From the NCBI GenBank assembly GCA_947442475.1, contig CANEVP010000003.1, positions 17,204-81,203 on the forward strand: a stretch of DNA of 64,000 nt, in the 5' to 3' direction. Below are positions 1-9,100 of this stretch, piece by piece. Origin of the DNA: Rickettsiales bacterium (GTDB lineage: Bacteria; Pseudomonadota; Alphaproteobacteria; Rickettsiales; UBA1997). A program made the position numbers and the translations under genes. Numbering within the stretch: position 1 is the first letter of the stretch; every line of letters starts with the position of its first letter. The notes under the pieces were generated by a model, which made no database searches, had not been told where the DNA came from, and worked only from the letters and a program-made list of their open reading frames with translations.

Positions 1-1629
1 TCGGCAACTGAAACCACGCGTGGCGGAAAATATATTTTGCCATGTTTAAGACTGCTTTCTTCTGATTTAGTGATTGATGAAATTGACGATTTTAACGAAA
101 AAGATTTGATCGCAATTGGTCGCCTAATTCATTTAGCTGCAATGCTGGGGCGCAAAGTTATGATTTCTTCTGCAACTATTCCGCCAAGCCTAGCTGAAGG
201 ATTTTTTAACACTTATCAAGAAGGCTGGAAAATTCACGCTAACTTCAAGCAAGCCAATCAAAACATTGCTTGCGCTTGGATTGATGAGTTTAATTCAGAA
301 GTTGAGTTGATTGATAAAAACGAATCTTTGGCTGCTTGCGATTCATACAAAAATTTCCATCAAAAATTTATCGCCAAACGCATTGCAAATCTTGAGAAAC
401 AGCCAGCAAGGCGCAAAGGATTTATTGTTAAAGTTGATGAATTGTTATCTGACAAAACCGATCAGCAAAAAAAATATTTCGAAAAAATAAGACAAACCGC
501 CGTCAAACTTCACCAGCAGCACAATATTGTTGATGCGACAACTGGAAAGCTGGTTTCGTTTGGAGTAATTCGCACCGCGAATATTCCGCCATGTGTTGAG
601 CTAGCTCGTTATTTATTGGAAGCGCCTTGGGAAGAAAATTTTGCGCCAAAAATTATGGCTTACCACAGTCGGCAAGTTTTGTTGCTACGCCACGAGCAAG
701 AAAAACATTTAGATAAAGTTTTGAAGCGCAAAGAAAAACCAGAAGAAATTCCTCAAGCTCTTAAAAATAAAATTATTCGAGCGCACATTGATTCAACAAC
801 TGCAAAAAATGTGATGTTTATTTTGGTGGCAACGCCAGTTGAAGAAGTTGGTCGCGATCATGATTTTGATTGGGCAATTGTTGAACCATCTTCTTATCGC
901 TCAATCATTCAACTTTCTGGGCGCGTGCGCCGTCATCGCAAAGTTGAAATAGATGAGCCAAATGTGGCGGTGATGCAATATAATTTGCGAGCTTTGAGAC
1001 AAAATGGAAAAGCTGAAACACCAGCATTTTGCCGCCCGGGATATGAAACAAGCAACTCGCTAAAGCTAAATCACCACAATCTTTGCAAATTGATTGACGA
1101 AACAATTTTAGAAAAAAGCATCAACGCCATTCCAAGAATCACCCAGCCAAAAAATCTTAATCCGAAAGAAAATTTGTCTGATCTTGAGCATCAAGCCATG
1201 CAAAATGTTTTAACTAGTTACAACAAAACTGGGCCAAAAAATTTACAAGCTTGGCTAACTGAAAGCTGGTGGCTAACCGCTTTGCCCCAACAGCTAAATC
1301 GCTTCAGAGAAAGCGCGCCCGAAACAAAATTATTTTTGGTTTGGAAGGAAGGAAAATTAGAATTTTGTGAAAAGACCGAAAGCGGCGAATTTATTAATCG
1401 CGAGCTAATTCACGACATCAAAAAACTGCCTAAAATTTCAGAAGAGCTTTCTAAAAAATTATGGCTAGAAAGAAATTACTCAGAGCTTTTAGAAAAATAT
1501 GTTGATGAAGATGGTGGCAATTTAAACAAAGAAGATTTGATGAATAAAAAATCAAAAAAATACGGAGAGATAAATATTGGACCACAAGGCAAGTATTCTT
1601 ACAGCGACCAGTTAGGAATGTGGAAATAA
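1..1629 (+). CDS. cas3: Type I-F Cas3 (Cas2-3) helicase, 5'-truncated by the window edge
   Basis: Frame open from base 1 (SATETTRGGKYILPCLRLLSSDLVIDEIDDF); motifs SSATIP, YHSR, ATPVEEVGRDHDFDWAIVEPSS and QLSGRVRRHR are typical of I-F Cas3. Confidence 0.95.
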   Translation, partial: SATETTRGGKYILPCLRLLSSDLVIDEIDDFNEKDLIAIGRLIHLAAMLGRKVMISSATIPPSLAEGFFNTYQEGWKIHANFKQANQNIACAWIDEFNSEVELIDKNESLAACDSYKNFHQKFIAKRIANLEKQPARRKGFIVKVDELLSDKTDQQKKYFEKIRQTAVKLHQQHNIVDATTGKLVSFGVIRTANIPPCVELARYLLEAPWEENFAPKIMAYHSRQVLLLRHEQEKHLDKVLKRKEKPEEIPQALKNKIIRAHIDSTTAKNVMFILVATPVEEVGRDHDFDWAIVEPSSYRSIIQLSGRVRRHRKVEIDEPNVAVMQYNLRALRQNGKAETPAFCRPGYETSNSLKLNHHNLCKLIDETILEKSINAIPRITQPKNLNPKENLSDLEHQAMQNVLTSYNKTGPKNLQAWLTESWWLTALPQQLNRFRESAPETKLFLVWKEGKLEFCEKTESGEFINRELIHDIKKLPKISEELSKKLWLERNYSELLEKYVDEDGGNLNKEDLMNKKSKKYGEINIGPQGKYSYSDQLGMWK

Positions 1630-1678
1630 TATTTCTAAAATTTGCATTTTCTAATCAACAACAAACACCACAAAACCC

Positions 1679-2092
1679 ATGGAACAAAATCTTGATCAAT
1701 GGAACGATCTAAAGAAAAAGTTAAATATTCAGCCTAAATCACCAAGTTTTGAAGAGCGTGAAATTTGGTGGTGCAGTATAGGTTTAAATGTTGGGCATGA
1801 AGAAAATGGTAAAAGCGAACTTTTTAGTCGGCCAGTTTTAGTGGTCAGAAAGTTCAACCGACATATTTTTTTGGGAATTCCTTTAACCAGTAAAATTAAA
1901 GAATATCACAAGTTCTATCATAAAATTCATTTCAAAGATAAAGAGCAGAGCGTGATGTTGTCTCAGGCAAGAGTTTGGGAAAGTAAAAGACTGACTAGAA
2001 TAAAAGGGAAATTGTCGGCGGAACAGTTCAAAGAGATAAGAATCTTACTTAGTAAGATTGTGCTGGGAGATTATCCAGCCTCTCATTTCTGA
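1679..2092 (+). CDS. PemK/MazF-family endoribonuclease toxin, orphan (no adjacent antitoxin ORF)
   Basis: EIWWCSIGLNVGHEENGK..FSRPVLVVRKF..GIPLTSK..VMLSQAR matches the PemK-fold signature (G-x-E, RPVLV, PLTS). Confidence 0.85.
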   Translation: MEQNLDQWNDLKKKLNIQPKSPSFEEREIWWCSIGLNVGHEENGKSELFSRPVLVVRKFNRHIFLGIPLTSKIKEYHKFYHKIHFKDKEQSVMLSQARVWESKRLTRIKGKLSAEQFKEIRILLSKIVLGDYPASHF

Positions 2093-2115
2093 GAGGCTGT
2101 TTGTCCCTGATGGGA
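2076..2115. other. Double hairpin overlapping the pemK-like stop codon (terminator or small RNA)
   Basis: CAGCCTCTCA-TTTC-TGAGAGGCTG (2076-2099, perfect 10-bp stem) plus TCCC-TGAT-GGGA (2104-2115). Confidence 0.6.
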
Positions 2116-2165
2116 ATTTGTACGTTCATGAAAAACCATAACCAAAAAATGTCAACCAAAGACTT

Positions 2166-3461
2166 ATGAAAAAAATAATCGAAGAATTTTTACTCGAGCG
2201 AAAAAACGCTAAAATTAAAGAAAAGGTAAAACCTGATCTTGCTGAAGATGAAAAACAAAAAATCTTGGATGAGCTAGAAGAGCAGTTTTCTTTGTCGGTT
2301 TGGTTGCTTGATGCTACTAAAAAAATCTCTTGGCTTACAATGTCTAGTCATCCAAGCAAATTCAGTCACCCTGACGCTAAAACCTCTCCAGTAATTGCTA
2401 AAAACAATAAAACAAATGACGGTTACTTGCGCAGCGGAAATGTTGATTACGAACTAGACTTTTCTGGAACTGCAGAGGCTTTAAATATTTCTAAATTTCT
2501 TACTTTAAAAACTGATGACGGAAAAACAATTCTAGATCATTTGGAAAGTGATAGCTCTGAAGCAAAAAAAACATTTTCCTTCCCGAACCTAAATTACGAA
2601 GAGTTAAAACAATCTCTGTTATCGATTAAACAATCTAACAATTCCAAAAAAACTGATCGCTTGGTTAAGCAAATTTATTTTCCTGTAAAAGAAGCTGAAT
2701 ACAACTACCACTTACTTTCAATTCTTACCCCGTCTGGCTTACTTGTCAGAGTTAAAGATAAAATTGAAGAAATCCGTTCTTCTGGAAAAATTAACGAAGC
2801 AAAAGAATTTTACCGAAAAAATGAATTACACGAGACTGAATACGATGACATATTTGGTTTGACAGTTATAGGTTATGGTGGAGCAAAGCCGTTAAATATT
2901 AGTTTGTTAAACAGCAAAAAAAATGGTAAATTCTATTTACTCCCAAGCCTTCCCCCAGAAATCAAAAAACGAGAAGTTCGCCTACCAACTCGCGATTTTT
3001 TTGAAAATAGTTTATGGGCAAAATCTTTCCGCACCAATTTTGAATTTCTTGATCGCCTCATTCAAAACAAAAGAAACAACGCCGATATTCGCGATCAAAT
3101 CAGCAAAACTTTAACTTACATTGCCGATCAAGTTTTGGAGACGGTTTTTAAAATAAGAGATTTCGAAGCGGGTTGGTCAAATAAAGAAAATTATCAGTCT
3201 CTTCCTTTAGCACAGCGCATTTGGCTTGATGACATAAATCTCGAGCAAAGAGAACAAGACGAAAATTGGCTTGAAGAAATTCTGGCCGATTTCACCAGAT
3301 GGGTCATTCGCACTTACGAATATTTATTCAAGGACACCTGCGAAAAAATGGGACCAGCCGAATTTGAGCACATCAAAAAAATCATCAAAGAAGCCATCAA
3401 TCTTTATCCTTCAAAAGATTGTTTGATTGAGCATAAAAAAACTAAGGAGCAGCCAAAATGA
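2166..3461 (+). CDS. cas8f: Cas8f (Csy1)
   Basis: SHPSKFSHPD, VKQIYFPV, YHLLSILTPSGL, GGAKPLNISLLNS, YLLPSLPP; first gene of the csy operon. Confidence 0.93.
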   Translation: MKKIIEEFLLERKNAKIKEKVKPDLAEDEKQKILDELEEQFSLSVWLLDATKKISWLTMSSHPSKFSHPDAKTSPVIAKNNKTNDGYLRSGNVDYELDFSGTAEALNISKFLTLKTDDGKTILDHLESDSSEAKKTFSFPNLNYEELKQSLLSIKQSNNSKKTDRLVKQIYFPVKEAEYNYHLLSILTPSGLLVRVKDKIEEIRSSGKINEAKEFYRKNELHETEYDDIFGLTVIGYGGAKPLNISLLNSKKNGKFYLLPSLPPEIKKREVRLPTRDFFENSLWAKSFRTNFEFLDRLIQNKRNNADIRDQISKTLTYIADQVLETVFKIRDFEAGWSNKENYQSLPLAQRIWLDDINLEQREQDENWLEEILADFTRWVIRTYEYLFKDTCEKMGPAEFEHIKKIIKEAINLYPSKDCLIEHKKTKEQPK

Positions 3462-4339
3462 GAAGATTTTTACTAATTCCGCACCTAAAAATTCACAATG
3501 CCAATGCCATGAGCAGCCCCTACACAATTGGCTTTCCGGCAATGACAGCTTGGCTTGGCGCGGTTCACGCTTTGCAAAGAAAGCTTGATGAAAATGGTTT
3601 TGCCGAAGTGAAATTGCTGGGAGTGGCAATTTCTTGCCATGATCTGAATTTACAAACTTACAAAGGTCGTGGCGATTATGTTTCTTCAATTATCGCAACC
3701 GCCAATCCGCTTAACAAAGACGGCAGCCGACCAGCTTTCATTGAAGAAGCGCGTTGCCATTTAGAAGTTTCCTTGCTTGTAGAATATCAAGGCCTTAATC
3801 CAGATAATTTGGAAAAATTCAAAAATTTTATTGAGCAGCAATTACAAAAAATGAAATTTGCTGGCGGTGATGTTTTATCGTTTAAGCCAGTTAAAACAGA
3901 AAATGCTGATGAAGATGACGAAGCTTCGATAAAAAAAATTTTAAGAAAGTTGATGCTTGGCTTCGTAATAATTGAGCGCCGCGATTTAATAAAAAAATCG
4001 ATGGAAGACGGCAAAGACGCTTTAGAAGCTTTGCTCGATCACCTAAAAATTATGCACCGCTCCACCAAAAACGACCAAGATGAAGTAAGCTGGAATTCTT
4101 CAAAAAAAGAAGCTGGCTGGCTAGTTCCAATTGCCACAGGCTTTCAAGCAATTTCAGAAATTGGCTTTGCTAAAAACCAACGCGATTCAAAAACCCCACA
4201 CCGCTTCGCCGAAAGTGTTGTGACATTGGGTGAATTTGTAATGGCTCACCGAATTAAAAATTTAGACGACATGCTCTGGCAATATCATGTTGAACAAGAT
4301 TTATACCTTTGCCAAACCAACTTAAACTTAACTAAATAG
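3458..4339 (+). CDS. cas5f: Cas5f (Csy2)
   Basis: HNANAMSSPYTIGFPAMTAWLGAVHALQRKL, GWLVPIATGF, HRFAESVVTLGEF. Confidence 0.95.
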   Translation: MRRFLLIPHLKIHNANAMSSPYTIGFPAMTAWLGAVHALQRKLDENGFAEVKLLGVAISCHDLNLQTYKGRGDYVSSIIATANPLNKDGSRPAFIEEARCHLEVSLLVEYQGLNPDNLEKFKNFIEQQLQKMKFAGGDVLSFKPVKTENADEDDEASIKKILRKLMLGFVIIERRDLIKKSMEDGKDALEALLDHLKIMHRSTKNDQDEVSWNSSKKEAGWLVPIATGFQAISEIGFAKNQRDSKTPHRFAESVVTLGEFVMAHRIKNLDDMLWQYHVEQDLYLCQTNLNLTK

Positions 4340-4347
4340 GAAAAATT

Positions 4348-5367
4348 ATGACTAAAAAAAATGACGCAACCGTTCTGGCTTTTGAAAAAAAATTAGTGCC
4401 ATCGGATGGCTATTTATACGGAACTAACTGGGAAGAGAAAAACTCTAAAAAAGGAGATGCATTAAAATTAAATGTAAAATCAGTGCGCGGAACTGTATCT
4501 CACAGATTAAAGAAAGTTACGGATAAGGATTTATTAAAATTGAATATGGATATAGCGGATCCAAATCCACAAACTGTTGACTCCTGCGCTCTTGGCGAAA
4601 ATCAAGACACTCTTTGCGTTAAATTCACTCTTAAAGTTTTAGGCGGAATTGAAAAACCATCAGCAAGCAACGGCAAAATTTTCAACGAATCTTACCCAAA
4701 AGTTGCCCAAGAATATGTTGAAAGAACTGGTTTCAAAGAATTGGCTCAACGCTACGCCACCAACATCGCCAATGCTCGTTTCTTGTGGCGCAATCGTGTT
4801 GGTGCTGAAAAAATTGAAGTTGTAGTAAAAATTGGCAATGACGAAACTTTAGTTTTTGATGCTAAAAAATTCTCAATAAATCAATTCGATTCCTCTGATT
4901 CAAAACTACAAATTTTAGCAGAAAAAATTGCGAATGCATTAAGCGGAAAAACAGAATATCTTTTACTTGATATTAATGCTTACGCTTTAGTTGGCAAAGC
5001 CCAAGAAGTTTATCCAAGCGAAGAGTTAGTTTTAGACAAAGGCAAAGGAGACAAGAGTAAAATTTTATATCATGTAAATAATGTTGCCGCAATGCACTCG
5101 CAAAAAATCGGCAATGCTTTGCGCACAATCGACACTTGGTATCAAGAATTTAGCGAAAATGGAAATTCTCCAATAGCAGCTGAGCCCTACGGAGCCGTAA
5201 CAAATTTAGGTAAAGCCTTCCGCAACCCAAGAGATAAATCTGACTTTTTCACTTTATTCGACCGCTTCGCTCTTGGTGAAAAATTAGCCAACGAAAACGA
5301 AGAGCATTACGTAATGGCTGTTTTGGTCCGTGGCGGCGTATTTGGCAAAAGTGGAAAAGAGGAGTAA
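4348..5367 (+). CDS. cas7f: Cas7f (Csy3)
   Basis: VLAFEKKLVPSDG, NPQTVD, NARFLWRNR, QEVYPSEEL, MHSQKIGNALRTIDTWY, LVRGGVFG. Confidence 0.97.
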   Translation: MTKKNDATVLAFEKKLVPSDGYLYGTNWEEKNSKKGDALKLNVKSVRGTVSHRLKKVTDKDLLKLNMDIADPNPQTVDSCALGENQDTLCVKFTLKVLGGIEKPSASNGKIFNESYPKVAQEYVERTGFKELAQRYATNIANARFLWRNRVGAEKIEVVVKIGNDETLVFDAKKFSINQFDSSDSKLQILAEKIANALSGKTEYLLLDINAYALVGKAQEVYPSEELVLDKGKGDKSKILYHVNNVAAMHSQKIGNALRTIDTWYQEFSENGNSPIAAEPYGAVTNLGKAFRNPRDKSDFFTLFDRFALGEKLANENEEHYVMAVLVRGGVFGKSGKEE

Positions 5368-5370
5368 ACC

Positions 5371-6018
5371 ATGAAATTTTACCACGAAATCACAGTCATA
5401 CCAAATCCTGAAATTGGTGAACATTTCATCTGGTCTAAACTCTTCACCCAAATCCACTTAGCCTTGGTCTCCATCCAAGACGAGCAAAAAAAATCGCCAG
5501 TTGGAATTTCTTTTCCCGAATATTTCATGGGCGAAAAATTTGGCGTGATTGGCTCAAAACTGCGACTCTTTGCCCAAAGCGAGCCCGAGTTGCAAAAACT
5601 CGATATTCAAAAATGGCTTTCGCGTTTGACTGACTACATCCACATTTCAGCCATTCGCGAAGTTCCACAAAAAATCAGCGGATATGTCACCTACAATCGC
5701 CATCAGCCAAAAGTTAACAAAGAGCGGCTGATGCGCAGGCACCAAAAAAGGGAGGAAGGCTGGAAAAGCATTATTAACGATCCGCAATCAGAACCAGAAA
5801 AAATTGCCGCAGCGCAAAAAAAGTTGAGTGCAAGGCAACAGCGAATCAATAATTACAACAAAGAAAAAGCCGTCAAAGAGCCATTCATAAAGCTAAAAAG
5901 CCTTAGCAGCGAAAATGATTTTTGTCTGTGGATTAAAAAAACCGCAGCCACTGAGCCAAGTTACCAAAAATTTAGCACCTACGGCTTAAGCGGATTTTCT
6001 TCACTACCCGAATTTTAA
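5371..6018 (+). CDS. cas6f: Cas6f (Csy4) crRNA endoribonuclease
   Basis: His at residue 29 (IHLAL), GISFPEY, LRLFA, Arg-rich helix, FSTYGLS..LPEF C-terminus. Confidence 0.95.
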   Translation: MKFYHEITVIPNPEIGEHFIWSKLFTQIHLALVSIQDEQKKSPVGISFPEYFMGEKFGVIGSKLRLFAQSEPELQKLDIQKWLSRLTDYIHISAIREVPQKISGYVTYNRHQPKVNKERLMRRHQKREEGWKSIINDPQSEPEKIAAAQKKLSARQQRINNYNKEKAVKEPFIKLKSLSSENDFCLWIKKTAATEPSYQKFSTYGLSGFSSLPEF

Positions 6019-6150
6019 CCCAAATTTTTCACCAATTCCACGAAGCCAATAAAATCAAGCATCTGCAACTATCCAAAAAAACAATGGTCATTTAAATAAA
6101 AAACCCCCTCAAATCTTCACCCAACTAGCTTAGCAAGTTTTTCAGGTCAG
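6019..6150 (+). promoter_or_regulatory. CRISPR leader
   Basis: AT-rich 132 bp between cas6f and the first repeat; ACCCAAATTTTT motif and an IHF-like AATCAAGCATCTG, as in I-F leaders. Confidence 0.8.
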
Positions 6151-9100
6151 GCGCGCTGCCGCACAGGCAGCTTAGAAAGCAAAATTAGCAACTTGCCACC
6201 CTGATTTACAGCGCGCTGCCGCACAGGCAGCTTAGAAAAATACTGATCTTCAAAAATCATGGCGCCGACAGCGCGCTGCCGCACAGGCAGCTTAGAAATT
6301 GATGACGGCTGACGAAATAGCAACAAGAGCGCGCGCTGCCGCACAGGCAGCTTAGAAAAGTTCTCGGATCAATCAATTCAAAGGTTTCTGGCGCGCTGCC
6401 GCACAGGCAGCTTAGAAAATCTGCAAATTCCACATCGCTTTTTTAACGCAGCGCGCTGCCGCACAGGCAGCTTAGAAAGTTAATAACTAGGTCATCATTC
6501 TTTGATAAACGCGCGCTGCCGCACAGGCAGCTTAGAAATTTTCTTGACGATCTGGCGTGTTTCATTTTGAGCGCGCTGCCGCACAGGCAGCTTAGAAAAG
6601 AGTTTGGCACCCAGATTTGATTTGGCAGTTGCGCGCTGCCGCACAGGCAGCTTAGAAATGAAAATCAAGATTTGCGAGTGCCGCGCCTGAGCGCGCTGCC
6701 GCACAGGCAGCTTAGAAACAAAAACAGCAGACGCAACCAAGCCCAGCCCAGGCGCGCTGCCGCACAGGCAGCTTAGAAATTTCTCGCTGAGTTGATTAAA
6801 ACTTGGAAACCGCGCGCTGCCGCACAGGCAGCTTAGAAACGCTGTCTTCTCTTGCATCAAGAATTGTTGAAGCGCGCTGCCGCACAGGCAGCTTAGAAAT
6901 TTGAAAAAGCAGGACTTGGCAAAGAAGAAATGCGCGCTGCCGCACAGGCAGCTTAGAAAGATTATATTCGGACAGCCAACGAAAATATTAAGCGCGCTGC
7001 CGCACAGGCAGCTTAGAAATCTGCTGTAAATCTCTTTTTTTCGCTGATCAAGCGCGCTGCCGCACAGGCAGCTTAGAAAGCAAGTATTGACTGCAAATCT
7101 TCTTTCGCGGCGCGCGCTGCCGCACAGGCAGCTTAGAAAGCAAGTATTGACTGCAAATCTTCTTTCGCGGCGCGCGCTGCCGCACAGGCAGCTTAGAAAG
7201 GCTCAAAATTCAATCCTAGGCGGTAAAGCGAGCGCGCTGCCGCACAGGCAGCTTAGAAATGACGCGGTTATTTTCTTTTGCGATCTTTTCGGCGCGCTGC
7301 CGCACAGGCAGCTTAGAAAAAATAGTGCAAAGAATCTATCTTCGAATGAAGGCGCGCTGCCGCACAGGCAGCTTAGAAAAAACTCTGGGGAGATAGTTAA
7401 GTTTTGTAAGTGCGCGCTGCCGCACAGGCAGCTTAGAAAGTTAACTACAACAATTCCAGCGGCGCAAGTTGGCGCGCTGCCGCACAGGCAGCTTAGAAAA
7501 TTGATGGTTTTTTCGTTTTTGAGACTGATGAGCGCGCTGCCGCACAGGCAGCTTAGAAATTAATCCAAGCCTTTCCCTCATTGCTTGAACGGCGCGCTGC
7601 CGCACAGGCAGCTTAGAAATCTATTTGAGCCAATGGAAACCGAGTATAACAGCGCGCTGCCGCACAGGCAGCTTAGAAACGCTTTTATCAATTCGTCAAA
7701 TATTTTGACAAGCGCGCTGCCGCACAGGCAGCTTAGAAATGTTTTCACGTCCAGTTGCAGCTTTACTCGGTGCGCGCTGCCGCACAGGCAGCTTAGAAAG
7801 ATTCTTTTGAATTTATTTGAGAAAGAGAAAAGCGCGCTGCCGCACAGGCAGCTTAGAAAAATGTTTGTGTAAACTAAAGCGATCGAATTTCGCGCGCTGC
7901 CGCACAGGCAGCTTAGAAATTCCTCGCTGAGTTGATTAAAACTTGGAAACCGCGCGCTGCCGCACAGGCAGCTTAGAAAAAGAAATTTTGATTAAATTCG
8001 GCACTTCTGAAGCGCGCTGCCGCACAGGCAGCTTAGAAAAAAATGTTTTGATACTTCTGTTTTTGCTAAAAGCGCGCTGCCGCACAGGCAGCTTAGAAAA
8101 ATCAAAGTTTTCACGTCTGGCGTAGTTTTCGGCGCGCTGCCGCACAGGCAGCTTAGAAAAGAAAAATATTTAGAAATCGCTCGTGATTTGCGCGCGCTGC
8201 CGCACAGGCAGCTTAGAAATTGCTGAATTACTGATCTAACTCTCCAGAGCGGCGCGCTGCCGCACAGGCAGCTTAGAAAGGTTACAATTTAGATAGTCAC
8301 AATCAGTTGGTGCGCGCTGCCGCACAGGCAGCTTAGAAATCAAATTTTAATCTTGTCACGATATTTCCGAAGCGCGCTGCCGCACAGGCAGCTTAGAAAT
8401 TCTGATCCAAAATTTTGGGAAAAATTATTGAGCGCGCTGCCGCACAGGCAGCTTAGAAATTCTCTTGCAAGAGTTCACGTAAAATTTCTTGGCGCGCTGC
8501 CGCACAGGCAGCTTAGAAATGCTTGAAAATACAAAACCCCTTCCAAATTCCGCGCGCTGCCGCACAGGCAGCTTAGAAACGCGAAGTCGAAGAAATGCGG
8601 GACGGGCGGCTGCGCGCTGCCGCACAGGCAGCTTAGAAATCTGACAATGAAAGAAAGAAAGCTTGTCAGCGGCGCGCTGCCGCACAGGCAGCTTAGAAAA
8701 AAGTCGCAACCCTCACCAAATCTGCAATACTGCGCGCTGCCGCACAGGCAGCTTAGAAATTACTTTTTTCTAAAATCGGATTAGTAATTGAGCGCGCTGC
8801 CGCACAGGCAGCTTAGAAACATTTGAATTAGAGTTTTCATTTTTTCCCCTTGCGCGCTGCCGCACAGGCAGCTTAGAAAGCGGGTTGGTTATTAGTTTAA
8901 ATTTTCATTAAGCGCGCTGCCGCACAGGCAGCTTAGAAAGTTAACGACCAACTGATTGTGACTATCTAAATGCGCGCTGCCGCACAGGCAGCTTAGAAAG
9001 CGCATGACTCGCGCGGATAAGTGGAAGAAACGCGCGCTGCCGCACAGGCAGCTTAGAAAATATCTTCGAATACTGAAACATTTTCACCTTGGCGCGCTGC

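Noticed and set aside
1..1629. Absence of cas1
   Set aside because: In I-F loci cas1 precedes cas2-3, which is cut by the window edge, so absence cannot be claimed
1630..2165. Degenerate mini-array (CreA-like) flanking the pemK-like gene
   Set aside because: Only short TTTCTAA matches to the repeat end were found, with no CTGCC/GGCAG hairpin; an 11-bp ATGGGAATTTG shared with the array trailer is within chance
1..6018. Possible Tn7-associated I-F3 (CAST) system
   Set aside because: cas3 is present, cas8f and cas5f are separate, the array is long, and no tniQ or tns genes are seen
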